Assembly (NCBI RefSeq): GCF_001194135.2
Contig: NC_068990.1
Coordinates: 94,385,856-94,449,855 of the forward strand
From: Octopus bimaculoides
Lineage: Eukaryota
Direction: 5' to 3'
DNA: 64,000 bases
Below, piece after piece: positions 1 through 10,400 of the stretch. The first letter of the stretch is position 1. The number at the start of each line of letters is the position of its first letter. The notes under the pieces were generated by a model that was not told the DNA's origin, made no database searches, and saw only the letters and a program-made list of their open reading frames with translations. The position numbers and the translations under genes were made by a program.

Positions 1-1215
1 CCATAGATAGCAATTTGCTGGAATAAAAACCGTTTGGAATGCACTAAGTTTATTATGAAAAATATGTTAAATCCTGAGCAACTATTCAACTATTTTCTTT
101 TAGCTTCAGTATCAAAGTCTTTCTTCTAAGCTTAGATGAAACCCATACAAATATTCTTCAGCTGTTGATTACAAACTGAAATATCGCATGTCCATTAACC
201 TACTAATTTATGGTGTCTAAGACCCAACCATGTATGTTAGAGACTGTGTCTTTAATATGACCTTACGTACCCTGGTGTTGCATGCAGAATTATTTTCATT
301 TGGGAGCTGAGTTGTCCTCACAATGGTGTCATGCTGTTTACGTGAAGGAGTGCATGGTTGAGCCACAACTATTGATTCCAAACTGAAATATTGCATGACT
401 GTGGGTTTTCAAGTGCTTCCTGGCAACCCCCCACCCCCTCGCTTACCACATCATTTCTTTCATGCAGATTTCTCTCATGTGGTGCTGTTGAGCGCACCCA
501 CAGGCTTAATTTTTCACATAGATGTAGTTCCTATGTCTGCTGATTGTTCAATGTGGTAGCAGCAGCTGCAAAGGAGAGTATATCCACTGAGAGCTTTTAG
601 GTGCATTCAAAAATCACATATCCCCCCATCCACTTCTCTATGACATGGTTAGGGCCTGGAATATTCCAAACAGATGCATAACATGTCACTTACTCAAATT
701 AGCCCTTCATTTAACCCACAAATGCTTTGTTGTCAATGCTGCACTTCTCCAGTATCACATGTTTCAACTTAACTGTACCATATATACAAACTGTGACATT
801 TCAATCCCAAGCAACGCTGGGTATGTCTGCTAGTCTGTTAATATAGCAGTAATTAAGTATTTATTACATCTACTTCTTCACATGAGACCCTTTGAGTTCA
901 AATCAGTGATGTGTTTGTATTCCCGAGGAACATCATATCATGCAGTTGTGCACTTTCCAAGTTTAGTGGAATAAGAAATCCTTTACTTGTAAAACAGACC
1001 AGTATAAGAAAAATGTAAAAATGAATGCACTCATGTGTATATCACTGTTATCAATGATTCAATAATTCTATCAAGTGAGGTGTGTAAATGTGTCTTCTGC
1101 TTTTCTGTCTCTCTTGCTAATAATTTGTTTTTAGTAGATTGCTGAAAAATTAAGCCATCATTGTGTGATATATCACCTAGTAGTAATAACGAGCTGTTTC
1201 TGGTTATGTTTCTAG

Positions 1216-1380
1216 GTGAGAACAACTGGTCGTGTGGATGTACAGACACATCAGCCTATAAAAGGTAGAAAACGTGGTGGTGGTGCTCGGTTTGGAGAAA
1301 TGGAAAGAGATGCCCTCATTGCACATGGTTCTTCGTTTCTTTTGCAAGACCGTTTACTCAACTGTACTGACCGATGCCTG
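1216..1380 (+). CDS. POLR1B: RNA polymerase I second-largest subunit (RPA2), penultimate coding exon
   Basis: Acceptor tttctag|GTG and donor CTG|gtcagt, 165 nt, phase 0. Encodes [61 protein letters not shown] is the universal second-subunit motif; the HGxSFLLxDRL context matches the Pol I paralogue. Confidence 0.95.
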
Positions 1381-2156
1381 GTCAGTGTTGCTTTTCTTAT
1401 TATTCAACAATTTTGACAAGTTCTTTTTAATATCTTTCTCAGGCCTCCATCAATCAAAGTTAACCATAGATCTATACATACCTATGTGCAGGCCACCTAA
1501 GCAGAGCTTTTTTTTTCTTTTCTTTTTTAAAATTTTGTTGAAGGAAGACTGTCAGGGGCTCATGCATGCTAGTCCCCTCTTACACACCATCGTCATTTAG
1601 TGACCATGTTCCTTGATGTCTTTTGTTGGATAGTTTGACAGGATCCAATGGCCCCCAAGGGCTACATCAGTACCTGCTTTGCCATGGTGTTTATGGCTGG
1701 GTACCCTTCCAAATGCCCCTCAATTTACAGTGTGTTTGTGTGACACCAGTATTTATGTGTTTGTTGCCATGCAGCACACAAGGTTAAGATCCCCTTCAAC
1801 TGAGGGGGACTACAGAAGAGAGGGAGGCAGCTTTATACTTGGGGATGAAGGGTTAAATTATAGAAGGGGACCAGCAAAGAATGGGTTTCTTGTTGAGGCT
1901 ACTCATATTATAGAAAAGAGAATGGAAATAGCCAGGGTAAAGCTGGATTATAGATAAAAATAGGGGTAATGAAATGTCAGGGTGAACTCTCAAGGGACAC
2001 CAAACCATGTTGATTTCACTGATCTGGAAGGGCCTTTCCCTCCAGGTAGAACCCTTAAAAAGATAATCTCTCTTTTATAATCATTGTAGTAGGGATTGAA
2101 CACCTGATGTTCAGGTCTTTGGTCTTTTTAATCATGTTTTTTTAATTTTATTTCAG

Positions 2157-2366
2157 ACAAAAGTTTGCACTGAATGTGGAAATATACTTTCTCCTATTCA
2201 GTCCCCGGTTGATAGCACAAAAATAGCTTATGATATGCAACATTGGTCATGCATGTTATGTAAGAAGTCAGAGACTATTAAAAATATCACCATTCCATAT
2301 GTGTTCCGTTACCTTGTCGCAGAATTGGCTGCTGTAAACATCAACCTAAAAGTTGATGTTAAATGA
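2157..2366 (+). CDS. POLR1B: RPA2 terminal coding exon (C4 zinc-binding clamp region)
   Basis: Acceptor ttttatttcag|ACA, in frame with the previous exon. Encodes TKVCTECGNILSP...WSCMLCKKSETIKNITIPYVFRYLVAELAAVNINLKVDVK*, with CxxC...CxxC and the PYVFRYLVAEL terminus typical of RPA2. Confidence 0.95.
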   Translation, partial: TKVCTECGNILSPIQSPVDSTKIAYDMQHWSCMLCKKSETIKNITIPYVFRYLVAELAAVNINLKVDVK

Positions 2367-2570
2367 TGCGTTTGTTGTATGACACCTGTAAGTATTTTGA
2401 TGATAGGTTTTTTCTTGGAGTTAATGAGCTGCTGATAAATTCATCAAAGATTTTTTGTTTTCTTTTATTGTATCATGTACACCTGACAGTTATTGGAAAG
2501 CAGCTATTTGTCAAGTCAGTGTATAAAAAATCAGTTTTCTAAATTTCCTGTTTTATCAACAACAACTTGT

Positions 2571-2576
2571 AATAAA
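2571..2576 (+). promoter_or_regulatory. Probable POLR1B polyadenylation signal
   Basis: AATAAA about 205 nt after the stop, followed by T-rich sequence. Confidence 0.5.
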
Positions 2577-2675
2577 GATATTTTTATACATAATTTTGAT
2601 TAATCTTCTCTCTATATTATTGTTTTCATATGTGTGGAGATGGAAATGAATATAAAACAATATTTTTTATGTTAT

Positions 2676-2681
2676 TTTATT
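2676..2681 (-). promoter_or_regulatory. Probable polyadenylation signal of the convergent uncharacterised gene
   Basis: AATAAA on the - strand about 58 nt past the stop at 2739. Confidence 0.45.
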
Positions 2682-2738
2682 GTTTGTAGACTGAAGACGA
2701 TCAGTGAAATGAGAAGAGTTTCTATTCATTTTGGAAAC

Positions 2739-3103
2739 TTAATGATATGGCTTGTCAATGCGATGAGTGTACTGTGTTCCTGTGCAAAAAACATTTTCGT
2801 ACATAGGGTTATTCCGATCAATTTCTTCTGTGAAGCTTGTCTTCCCTGAAACAATGTTTGGAATATGGCCATAATTGGGTACATCGCAGGGCCCTATTTT
2901 AAAAATCGAAGATACGTCTTTATGTCGCCTGTAAAGCTTTTCGTCTAAGACATCGTGATAGTTTATGTAATAACGTCTGCATGGCATAGGTGCCATGTGA
3001 AATTTGTTTGCTGTTTGAGAATACAAGAGTTCCCGCTTGTAGCCATTTAACATCAAATGGGGATGTATACTTGGAAGTATGCCAATATTTCTATATCGAA
3101 AAC
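2739..3103 (-). CDS. Uncharacterised 206-aa protein, coding exon 2 (terminal)
   Basis: Acceptor ttttttttag|GT joins the phase-1 donor of the upstream exon (T+GT = Cys). Open frame FRYRNIGILPSIHPHLMLNGYKRELLY...HRIDKPYH*. Confidence 0.8.
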
Positions 3104-3860
3104 CTAAAAAAATAAAAAAGTGATAGATTTTTTAAAAAGAAAATAGTCTATTTATCACATAATACATTATTTATTTAAAATATTATTTTAGAAACATTGG
3201 GAAACATGAAAATAAGTAAATGAATCTTTGTATAAAGAAATTATTGAGTTAAAAAAGACCATTGGACAGAAAATAAAGAGATGGAAAACCACTTGCATGA
3301 TTCAAACGACATATTTACGGTAAACTTGATTATTGTGACATTGTTTTACCAAATCAACTTCCTGATCACTCAAATAAGATGCTTTTCATCTTACAAAGTG
3401 AGAAACAAAGTTTATTTATGTTTAGAACCAATTAGGTTGAATAATATGAAAATTGGGGGTCTTTTATGATGTATCTTGGGTACAAAGTTATAAAGAATAG
3501 TTCATAATTATTTCACATGCCAGCCTCTACTTGCTGTATATACTTGATTATACTGGAAACAATCACAGCATATCTCCAAAGGTAGTGGGCTATCATCATT
3601 GCCTCAGCAGAATTTGAACTCAGAACAAAGTGACAGACAAAATACCGCTAAGCATTTCGCCCGGCATACTAACGATTCTGCCAGCTAATAATAAACTATA
3701 ATTAAATCCCTTTATCATTCACTTACAGATTTTATTTATATGAGTGTCTCTGTTTAATATAGTAAGGATTTTATTCAAGTTGGTTTGTTTGGGCAACAAC
3801 AATCACTGTAATATTAAACAAAAGTAATTATTTCAGAAATATAAAAAGGAAAAAGCTTAC

Positions 3861-4116
3861 ATGATGGAGTGTCTCTTGTTCGAACAAAGTCGACATATTG
3901 ATCTTCACATTGTATGTCCATACTGTCCCTCTTGATTAAATCTGGTAAAGTCCTGTAGTTATGGTATGCAATCCATCTCCTTTCACTTGGTACATAATAT
4001 GCTGGACCTCTCCAGTTATGGGACTTCCAGTCTCCAGACAAATAATTATTTGTTGGCATATGGTACTCAGGTACTTTAGCTCCTGATGGAGTCACACCGG
4101 CAGGTGAAAAAAGCAT
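3861..4116 (-). CDS. Uncharacterised 206-aa protein, coding exon 1
   Basis: Acceptor ctttccctttcag|aaga then ATG at 4116. Encodes MLFSPAGVTPSGAKVPEYHMPTNNYLSGDWKSHNWRGPAYYVPSERRWIAYHNYRTLPDLIKRDSMDIQCEDQYVDFVRTRDTPS; donor T|gtaagc, phase 1, compatible with the next exon. Confidence 0.8.
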
Positions 4117-5031
4117 TCTTCTGAAAGGGAAAGTCAAGAAGGAATCTTCTGTGCAATGGTGTCACTCTGGGTATTGAAATAAGATTCATGCGATAACAAA
4201 TGAGCAGACCAGTTAGAACACTTGGATGTACTCAAATGAATAGGGGAGTGACCCTGAAGGGCTTCTCAGGACAGCACACTCTATAAGCTATGCCACTGAA
4301 TCTATTGCAAATATCTTTTCAAGATAATACAGATTTTATTCTCAACTACTGGGTAAGTTAAAATGTGAAAAATTCATGAAACCCCTGCAGGAAAATCCCA
4401 CCCAGGCCATTCAAATTGGCAGTTCAATAACATAACTATTTAAGATGTTAAGAAATAGAAGCCTTTTAAAAGGGCTAGAAATCAATATAAGAATGAGGAA
4501 AGAAATCCTCATAAAGGGGTTTCGAAATGAGGATCTGCCTCAACTCATTATGTAAACGAGCCACTATCTGTTTCATGGTTGGACCATCAGTGACTAAACT
4601 ACAGAAAAGTTTTTAAATTGTGATAGAATATGACTGGGATTAAGGAATGGCTACAGTTGCATGGTGTTCACTGATCCACCTCTGAGTCTTGTTTGAGATA
4701 CTTTACTTCATCTAAACAGTGTGGGATACAGTTTGTCCTAGAGTTAAATTTTTACAAGATTTTCCCCATAAATTACTTTATAATCGTAATGTATGCCGTT
4801 TGAAAGGTATTTTATATAAAATTTCATTGAAAAAAAAAAAACTATTTTCCTAAAAGTTATGAAGGAAAAACCCGGATCTTGTGAATTTTCCGAGGTCCCC
4901 GCCCCCGTTGCTTTGCGCGCATTTTTTTTTTTTTTTTTTGCATATTCGTTTCCTACACATTTTTTTTTTTTTTTAACACCCATTGCACTATTTTTTTGAT
5001 TTTCGTTTCCAGGTCAAGTTGTAAACATTAC

Positions 5032-5100
5032 CTGTATTTATTGATAACAAACTAAATCACAGATTAGTGTTTGGGCGATGCTGCTGGCTAACCCCTCGAC
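5032..5100 (-). other. Candidate 5' UTR exon (3' boundary only) of the uncharacterised gene
   Basis: Donor CAG|gtaatg at 5031; an in-frame stop upstream means it is non-coding. The 5' boundary is not defined. Confidence 0.4.
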
Positions 5101-5663
5101 TTTAAGAGGAAAAATCCAGATACAGGGAATAATTGTGTTTGGTTGTGTAATTCGGACTAGCAAAACAAAATTTGTTTCACGTTTTCAAGAATTTTAATTT
5201 ACCAATTTACTTTGATAGTAAATCTATCGTTCAGTTGAAAATGTAAGCTTGCGTGTATGTAATCACAATAAAATTTTTGGATAAGGGTATTCGGATTTTA
5301 TTTTGTTTCTTTTATTTTTCTATCACTAATTACAAAAATGGAAACCACAAAGTTATTCAAAAGTCATCGACTTTAAGCAAATTCTATTTTACTTCCATGT
5401 CCGTATGTTCCTGTGGCGAGAGAAGAGAATATAAATTGCTTACGTATCGAAATCGTGACCTCATACTAATAAAAACACGCGTACACATGTAATGTCATTC
5501 ATTCTCTGAAAACTTCCTTAAATATTTATTAATCTGAGAAAACTATTCAAACAAAAGCGATTCAGAAGAAAATGGAAATTTTATAAAATCAATATCTTAC
5601 ATGGATTTCTGTTTATTGAAATTCACTAGATTGCGCGAAACATCCAAATACTACAACTTCCCT

Positions 5664-5711
5664 GTTGCTATGGTAAACTTGCGTCACATCCTGTCCTGCT
5701 GCCTTAGTAAC
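5664..5711. promoter_or_regulatory. Two RFX X-box-like motifs plus a CRE/ATF-like site
   Basis: GTTGCTATGGTAAAC (5664-5678; strong left half-site, one extra base in the right half) and GCTGCCTTAGTAAC (5698-5711; perfect RGYAAC half-site) against consensus GTNRCC-N0-3-RGYAAC. TTGCGTCA at 5679-5686. Next to a CpG-rich patch (5757-5820). Confidence 0.6.
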
Positions 5712-7074
5712 GATATTTATTCAGCGTACAGTATCGAAGTTGTTAAATAGTCATTACTGCCGGGTCGCGGCTGAGTACACCGCTTGTTCTTGTATGTGTG
5801 ACCCACCATCGCCCCCGCTGCTCACTTTGTTCTTTTTATTTTTATTGAAGACCTCTGTTGCAAGTATTTGAGCCAGGTTTGAGAATATTTAACGCTGATC
5901 TCAGGAGCCCTGTAAAGGGGCATGGACCCTTCTCACTTGATTAAAAAAAGATTTTAAAAAACAGCAAACAAAAATAAACACTACACAGATTGAAAATGTT
6001 TAGCAAAGTTGATTGTTTTTTGCAATCAAGTAAATATCTGTTTTGTGGGGAATTTTTCTTCTTCTTTTTCTGAACGTAATCTAGGTTGACCAATAAAAGA
6101 GAGTGTCTGAAGGGTTTTAGGAGACAGCTGTTGGTCAAGCCTGAATTATTACAAGGTTGTATCTGTGTAATGATGCAGCAAGAGTAGAGAAGCAGTTTGT
6201 TGGTTATTTGAAATGAAGACTTTCTACCAATAAAATTGCACGCATGTGATGTCTGAAAGATTTCAACGTAATCCTTTCGTCACTGAAAATTTTATTAAAT
6301 ATTCGTAGAATATAGAAAACTTGGCGGACAAGGCGGACCTTATCCGCCGAAATCTTACTATTCGGACCCTGCATAATTTGAAGTGTACTCTCTCGCTCAG
6401 TCAGTCGGAGGTCAGTTTCCACAAATAAAGCTACCAAATCCTGACTGCATTTATAATACAATATGAATCAAAGTATTTTAGAATGATAAAACAGATTTCA
6501 TTTAATTTGTCTATAAATTTTGTTGACTGGCTAGAATTATCATGAGTATATATTTTAAAATAAAATAGAAAAGTTACAGATTTTAGCTCGCCTTTAGTCG
6601 AACACATTAATAGTCATGTGCTGTCTTGAAAAGTAACGTAATGCATTACTTGTCAACTTATCTGGCGATCCTGATGTAGAAGAAAAGATTTCCAGACTGG
6701 TTTATCGAAGTTTTGAAGCAAAGTAGTTCATTATGGATGCATTCATCATTATTCAATTGTAAGAATTGAAGGAAATAAAACATAAAATAGCCAGGTCAGA
6801 AAGATCGGGGTGATGATAAGACACGGGATAAGGGACACATCCAAAACATAGAAATAGGCTGGAATTTTTGGTAATGACTAGAGTCCGTTCGAGACACGTT
6901 GAGGATGATGGCTGTAGTGACCAGAGAAAGTTTTTGCTGTTTGGTAACAGTGTGCAGCGGTGGTGAGGCGAGTGGGGTTGAGAAGAGAATTCGTCGCGGA
7001 GAGAGCGAAGTAATAAAAAATTGGTAACTTTATTTGTAGGATTACTATTTACATATGATTATGGTGCAAAAAGA

Positions 7075-7485
7075 TTTTTATGTGCCACCAGCACGGAAGC
7101 CAGTAAAGGAGGCGCAGGCATCAGCCTCGTTCAGATGGTGCTTTTTATGTGCCACCAGCCCGGACGCCACTCAAGGCGGCGCTGGAGTCAGGCACGTTCA
7201 TATAGTTGTTTTTATGTGCCCCCAGCACGGAAGCCATATTAAAAAAAAACATCTGAACGAGTCTGATGCCAGAGCCGCCTTGAGTTGCGTCCGGGCTGGT
7301 GGCACATAAAAAGCACCATCTGAACGAGGCTGATGCCAGCGCCGCCTTGAGTTGCGTCCGTGCTGGTGGCACATAAAAAGCGGCATCTTAACGAGGCTGA
7401 TGGCAGCGCCGCCTTCAGTTGCGTCCTTGCTGGTGGCACATAAAAAGCACCATCTGAACGAGGCTGATGCCAGTGCATGTTTGAG
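7075..7485. repeat. Minisatellite of ~66-bp units derived from the internal part of an RTE-tail SINE (left block, two orientations)
   Basis: Repeated GGCACATAAAAAGCACCATCTGAACGAGGCTGATGCCAGCGCCGCCTTGAGTTGCGTCC(G/A)TGCTGGT; orientation flips near 7245. Confidence 0.85.
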
Positions 7486-10400
7486 CGTACATATGTATGA
7501 ATGAACGATCGAACGAATGAACGTACATACGTACGAATGTACGGACAAACGAATAAACGTACGAATGTACGAACGAACGAATGTACGTACGTAAGAACGA
7601 ACGTACGTACGTACCTACGAACGAAGGTAGGTACGTACGAACGAACGTATATACGTATGAACGAACGATCGTACGTATGAACAAATGATCGAAGGAAAGA
7701 AAGAACGTACGTACGAACGAATTTACAAACGAACGAACGAACGTAGGTACGTATGTGCGTACGTACGAACGAATGAACGAACGTACGAAAAAACGATCAA
7801 ACGTAGGAACGTACGTACATACGTATAGACGTATGTACGTATGAGTGAACGAACGAACGAACGAACGAACTACGTATGTTCGTACGTACATATGTTGGTA
7901 CGTACATATATATGAATGAACGAAGAAACGAACGTACGTACGTAAGAATGTACGAACGAACGAACGTACATACGAATGACCGAACGAACGACCTAACGAA
8001 CGAACAAAGAAACGGACGAACGGAAGAAAGTATGTACAAACGTACGTACGTACGAACGAACGAACGAATAAAGAAATGAACGTATGAATGTAAGAACGAA
8101 CAAACGAATGAAAGAACGATCGAAAGTAGGAACGAACGAACGATCGAACGAGTGAATGAACGAACGTTCGTATGTATGTACGTACGAACGACCGAACGAA
8201 CAAACGTACGAACGAACGTACGTAAGTAGGTACATATGTATGTACGTACGTACGTACGTACAAACGAACGAACAATCGAACAAATTAACGAACGTACGCA
8301 TGTACGTACGAACGAACGTACGGACGTACGAACGAACGAACAAACGAACGAACGAACGAACGAAGGAAGAAACGAACGAACGTACGCATGTGCGAACGAA
8401 AGAAAGATCGAACGAACAAACAAACGAACGAACGAACGTACGTACATACATCCGTACGTAGGAACGAGCGAACGAACGTACGTACGTACGTAAGAACGAA
8501 CGAAATCAAGGAACGAACGAACTAACGAACGAACGAACGTACGTACGTACGTACATACGTAAGAGTAAACGTATGAACGAACGAACGAAAGAACGAAGTA
8601 ACAAATGAACGTACGTACTTACGTACGTACCAACGAATGAACGAAAGAACGAACGTACGTACGTATGTATGAAAGTACGAACGAACGAAGTTACGTACGT
8701 AAGTACGAACGAACGTACGTACGTACCAACGAAGGAACGAACAATATAATGAGCGAACGAACTAACGAATGAACGTACGCACGTAGGAACGAACGAACGA
8801 ATGTACGCACATATGTACGTACGTAAGTACATACGTTTGAAACAACGAACAAACGAATGAAAGAACGTAAGTACGTACGTATGAACGAAAGAACAGAAGA
8901 AATAACGAACGAACGAACAAACGAAACAAGGAACGAACGATGAAACGAACGAACAAAGGAACAAGAGAACGAACGAACAAACGAACAAAAGTACGTACGT
9001 ACGTACGAACGAAATATCTAACAAACGAACGACCGAAGGTACATACATATAACGAACGAACAAACGTGCGTACGTACCTACGTACGAATGAACGAACGAA
9101 CGAACGAACGTACGTCCGAACGTAGGTACGTACGAACGAATAAAAGAACGAACGTACGTACGTACGTTCGTAATACGTACATAAGAATGTCAAACGAACG
9201 AACGTACGCATGTGCGAACGAAAGAAAGATCGAACGAACACACAAACGAACGTACGTACGAACGAACGTACATACATCCGAACGTAGGAATGATCGAACG
9301 AGCGATAGAACGAACGTGCGTACGTACATACATAAGACTGAACGTACGAACGACCGAACGAACGATTGAACGAACGAACGGACGAACAAAAGAAAGAAGG
9401 AACGAACGATGGAACGAACAAACAAAGGAACAAAAGAACGAAAGAGCTAACGAACGAAAGAGCTAACGAACGAACGACCGAAGGTACGTACATATAACGA
9501 ACGAACGAACGAAAGAACGAACGAACGTGAGTACGTACCTACGTACGTACGAACGAACGAACATACGTCCGAACGTAGGTACGTACGAACGAATAAAAGA
9601 ACGAACGTACGTACGTACGTAGTACGTACATAAGAACGTCAAACGAGCGAACGTACGCATGTGAGAACGAAAGAAAGATCGAACGAACACACAAACGTAC
9701 GTACGAACGAACGTACGTACATACATCCGTACGTAGGAATGATCGAACAAACTAATGAACGAGCGAACTAACGAACGAACGTACTCACATATGTACGTAC
9801 GTACGAAATAACGAACAAACAAGTGAAAGAACGTAAGTACTACGAACGAACGAATGAACGACAGAAGGACGAACGATCGAACAAACGAATTAACTAACAA
9901 AACGTAGGTACATACGTACGAACGAACGAACGACCGTACGTACGAAGGAACAAACGAACGCAAGAACGTACTTAGGTACGTATTTAGGCACGAATGAAAG
10001 AACGTACGTACATACATCCGTACGTAGGGATGATCGAACGAGCGAACGAACGAACGTACGAACGTACATACGTAAGAGTTAACGTACGAGCGAACGTACG
10101 TACGTACGAACGAATGAACGTACGTACGTACGAACGATCGATCGAACGAACGAACGAACGAACGAACGAACGAAAGAACGAAGTAACGAATGAATGTTCG
10201 TACTTACGAACGAACGAACGAAAGATCGAATGTACGTACGTACGTATGTACGTAAGTACGAACGAACGAAAGTACGTACGTACGTATGTAAGTACGAACG
10301 AACGATCGAACGAACGAACGAAAGAACGTACGAACAAACGAACGTAATTACGTACATACGTATATAAGTAAGTACGTACTTACGAATGAACGAACGAACG

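Noticed and set aside
5870-5940. Possible snRNA/snoRNA with short hairpin gcccTGTAAAGgggc
   Set aside because: No Sm site, no C/D or H/ACA box pair, and no match to a spliceosomal RNA I can recognise.
7075-7485. CRISPR-like look of the ~66-bp repeats (also 60720-61145)
   Set aside because: Eukaryotic context, no unique spacers, no cas genes; units match the interior of a dispersed SINE.
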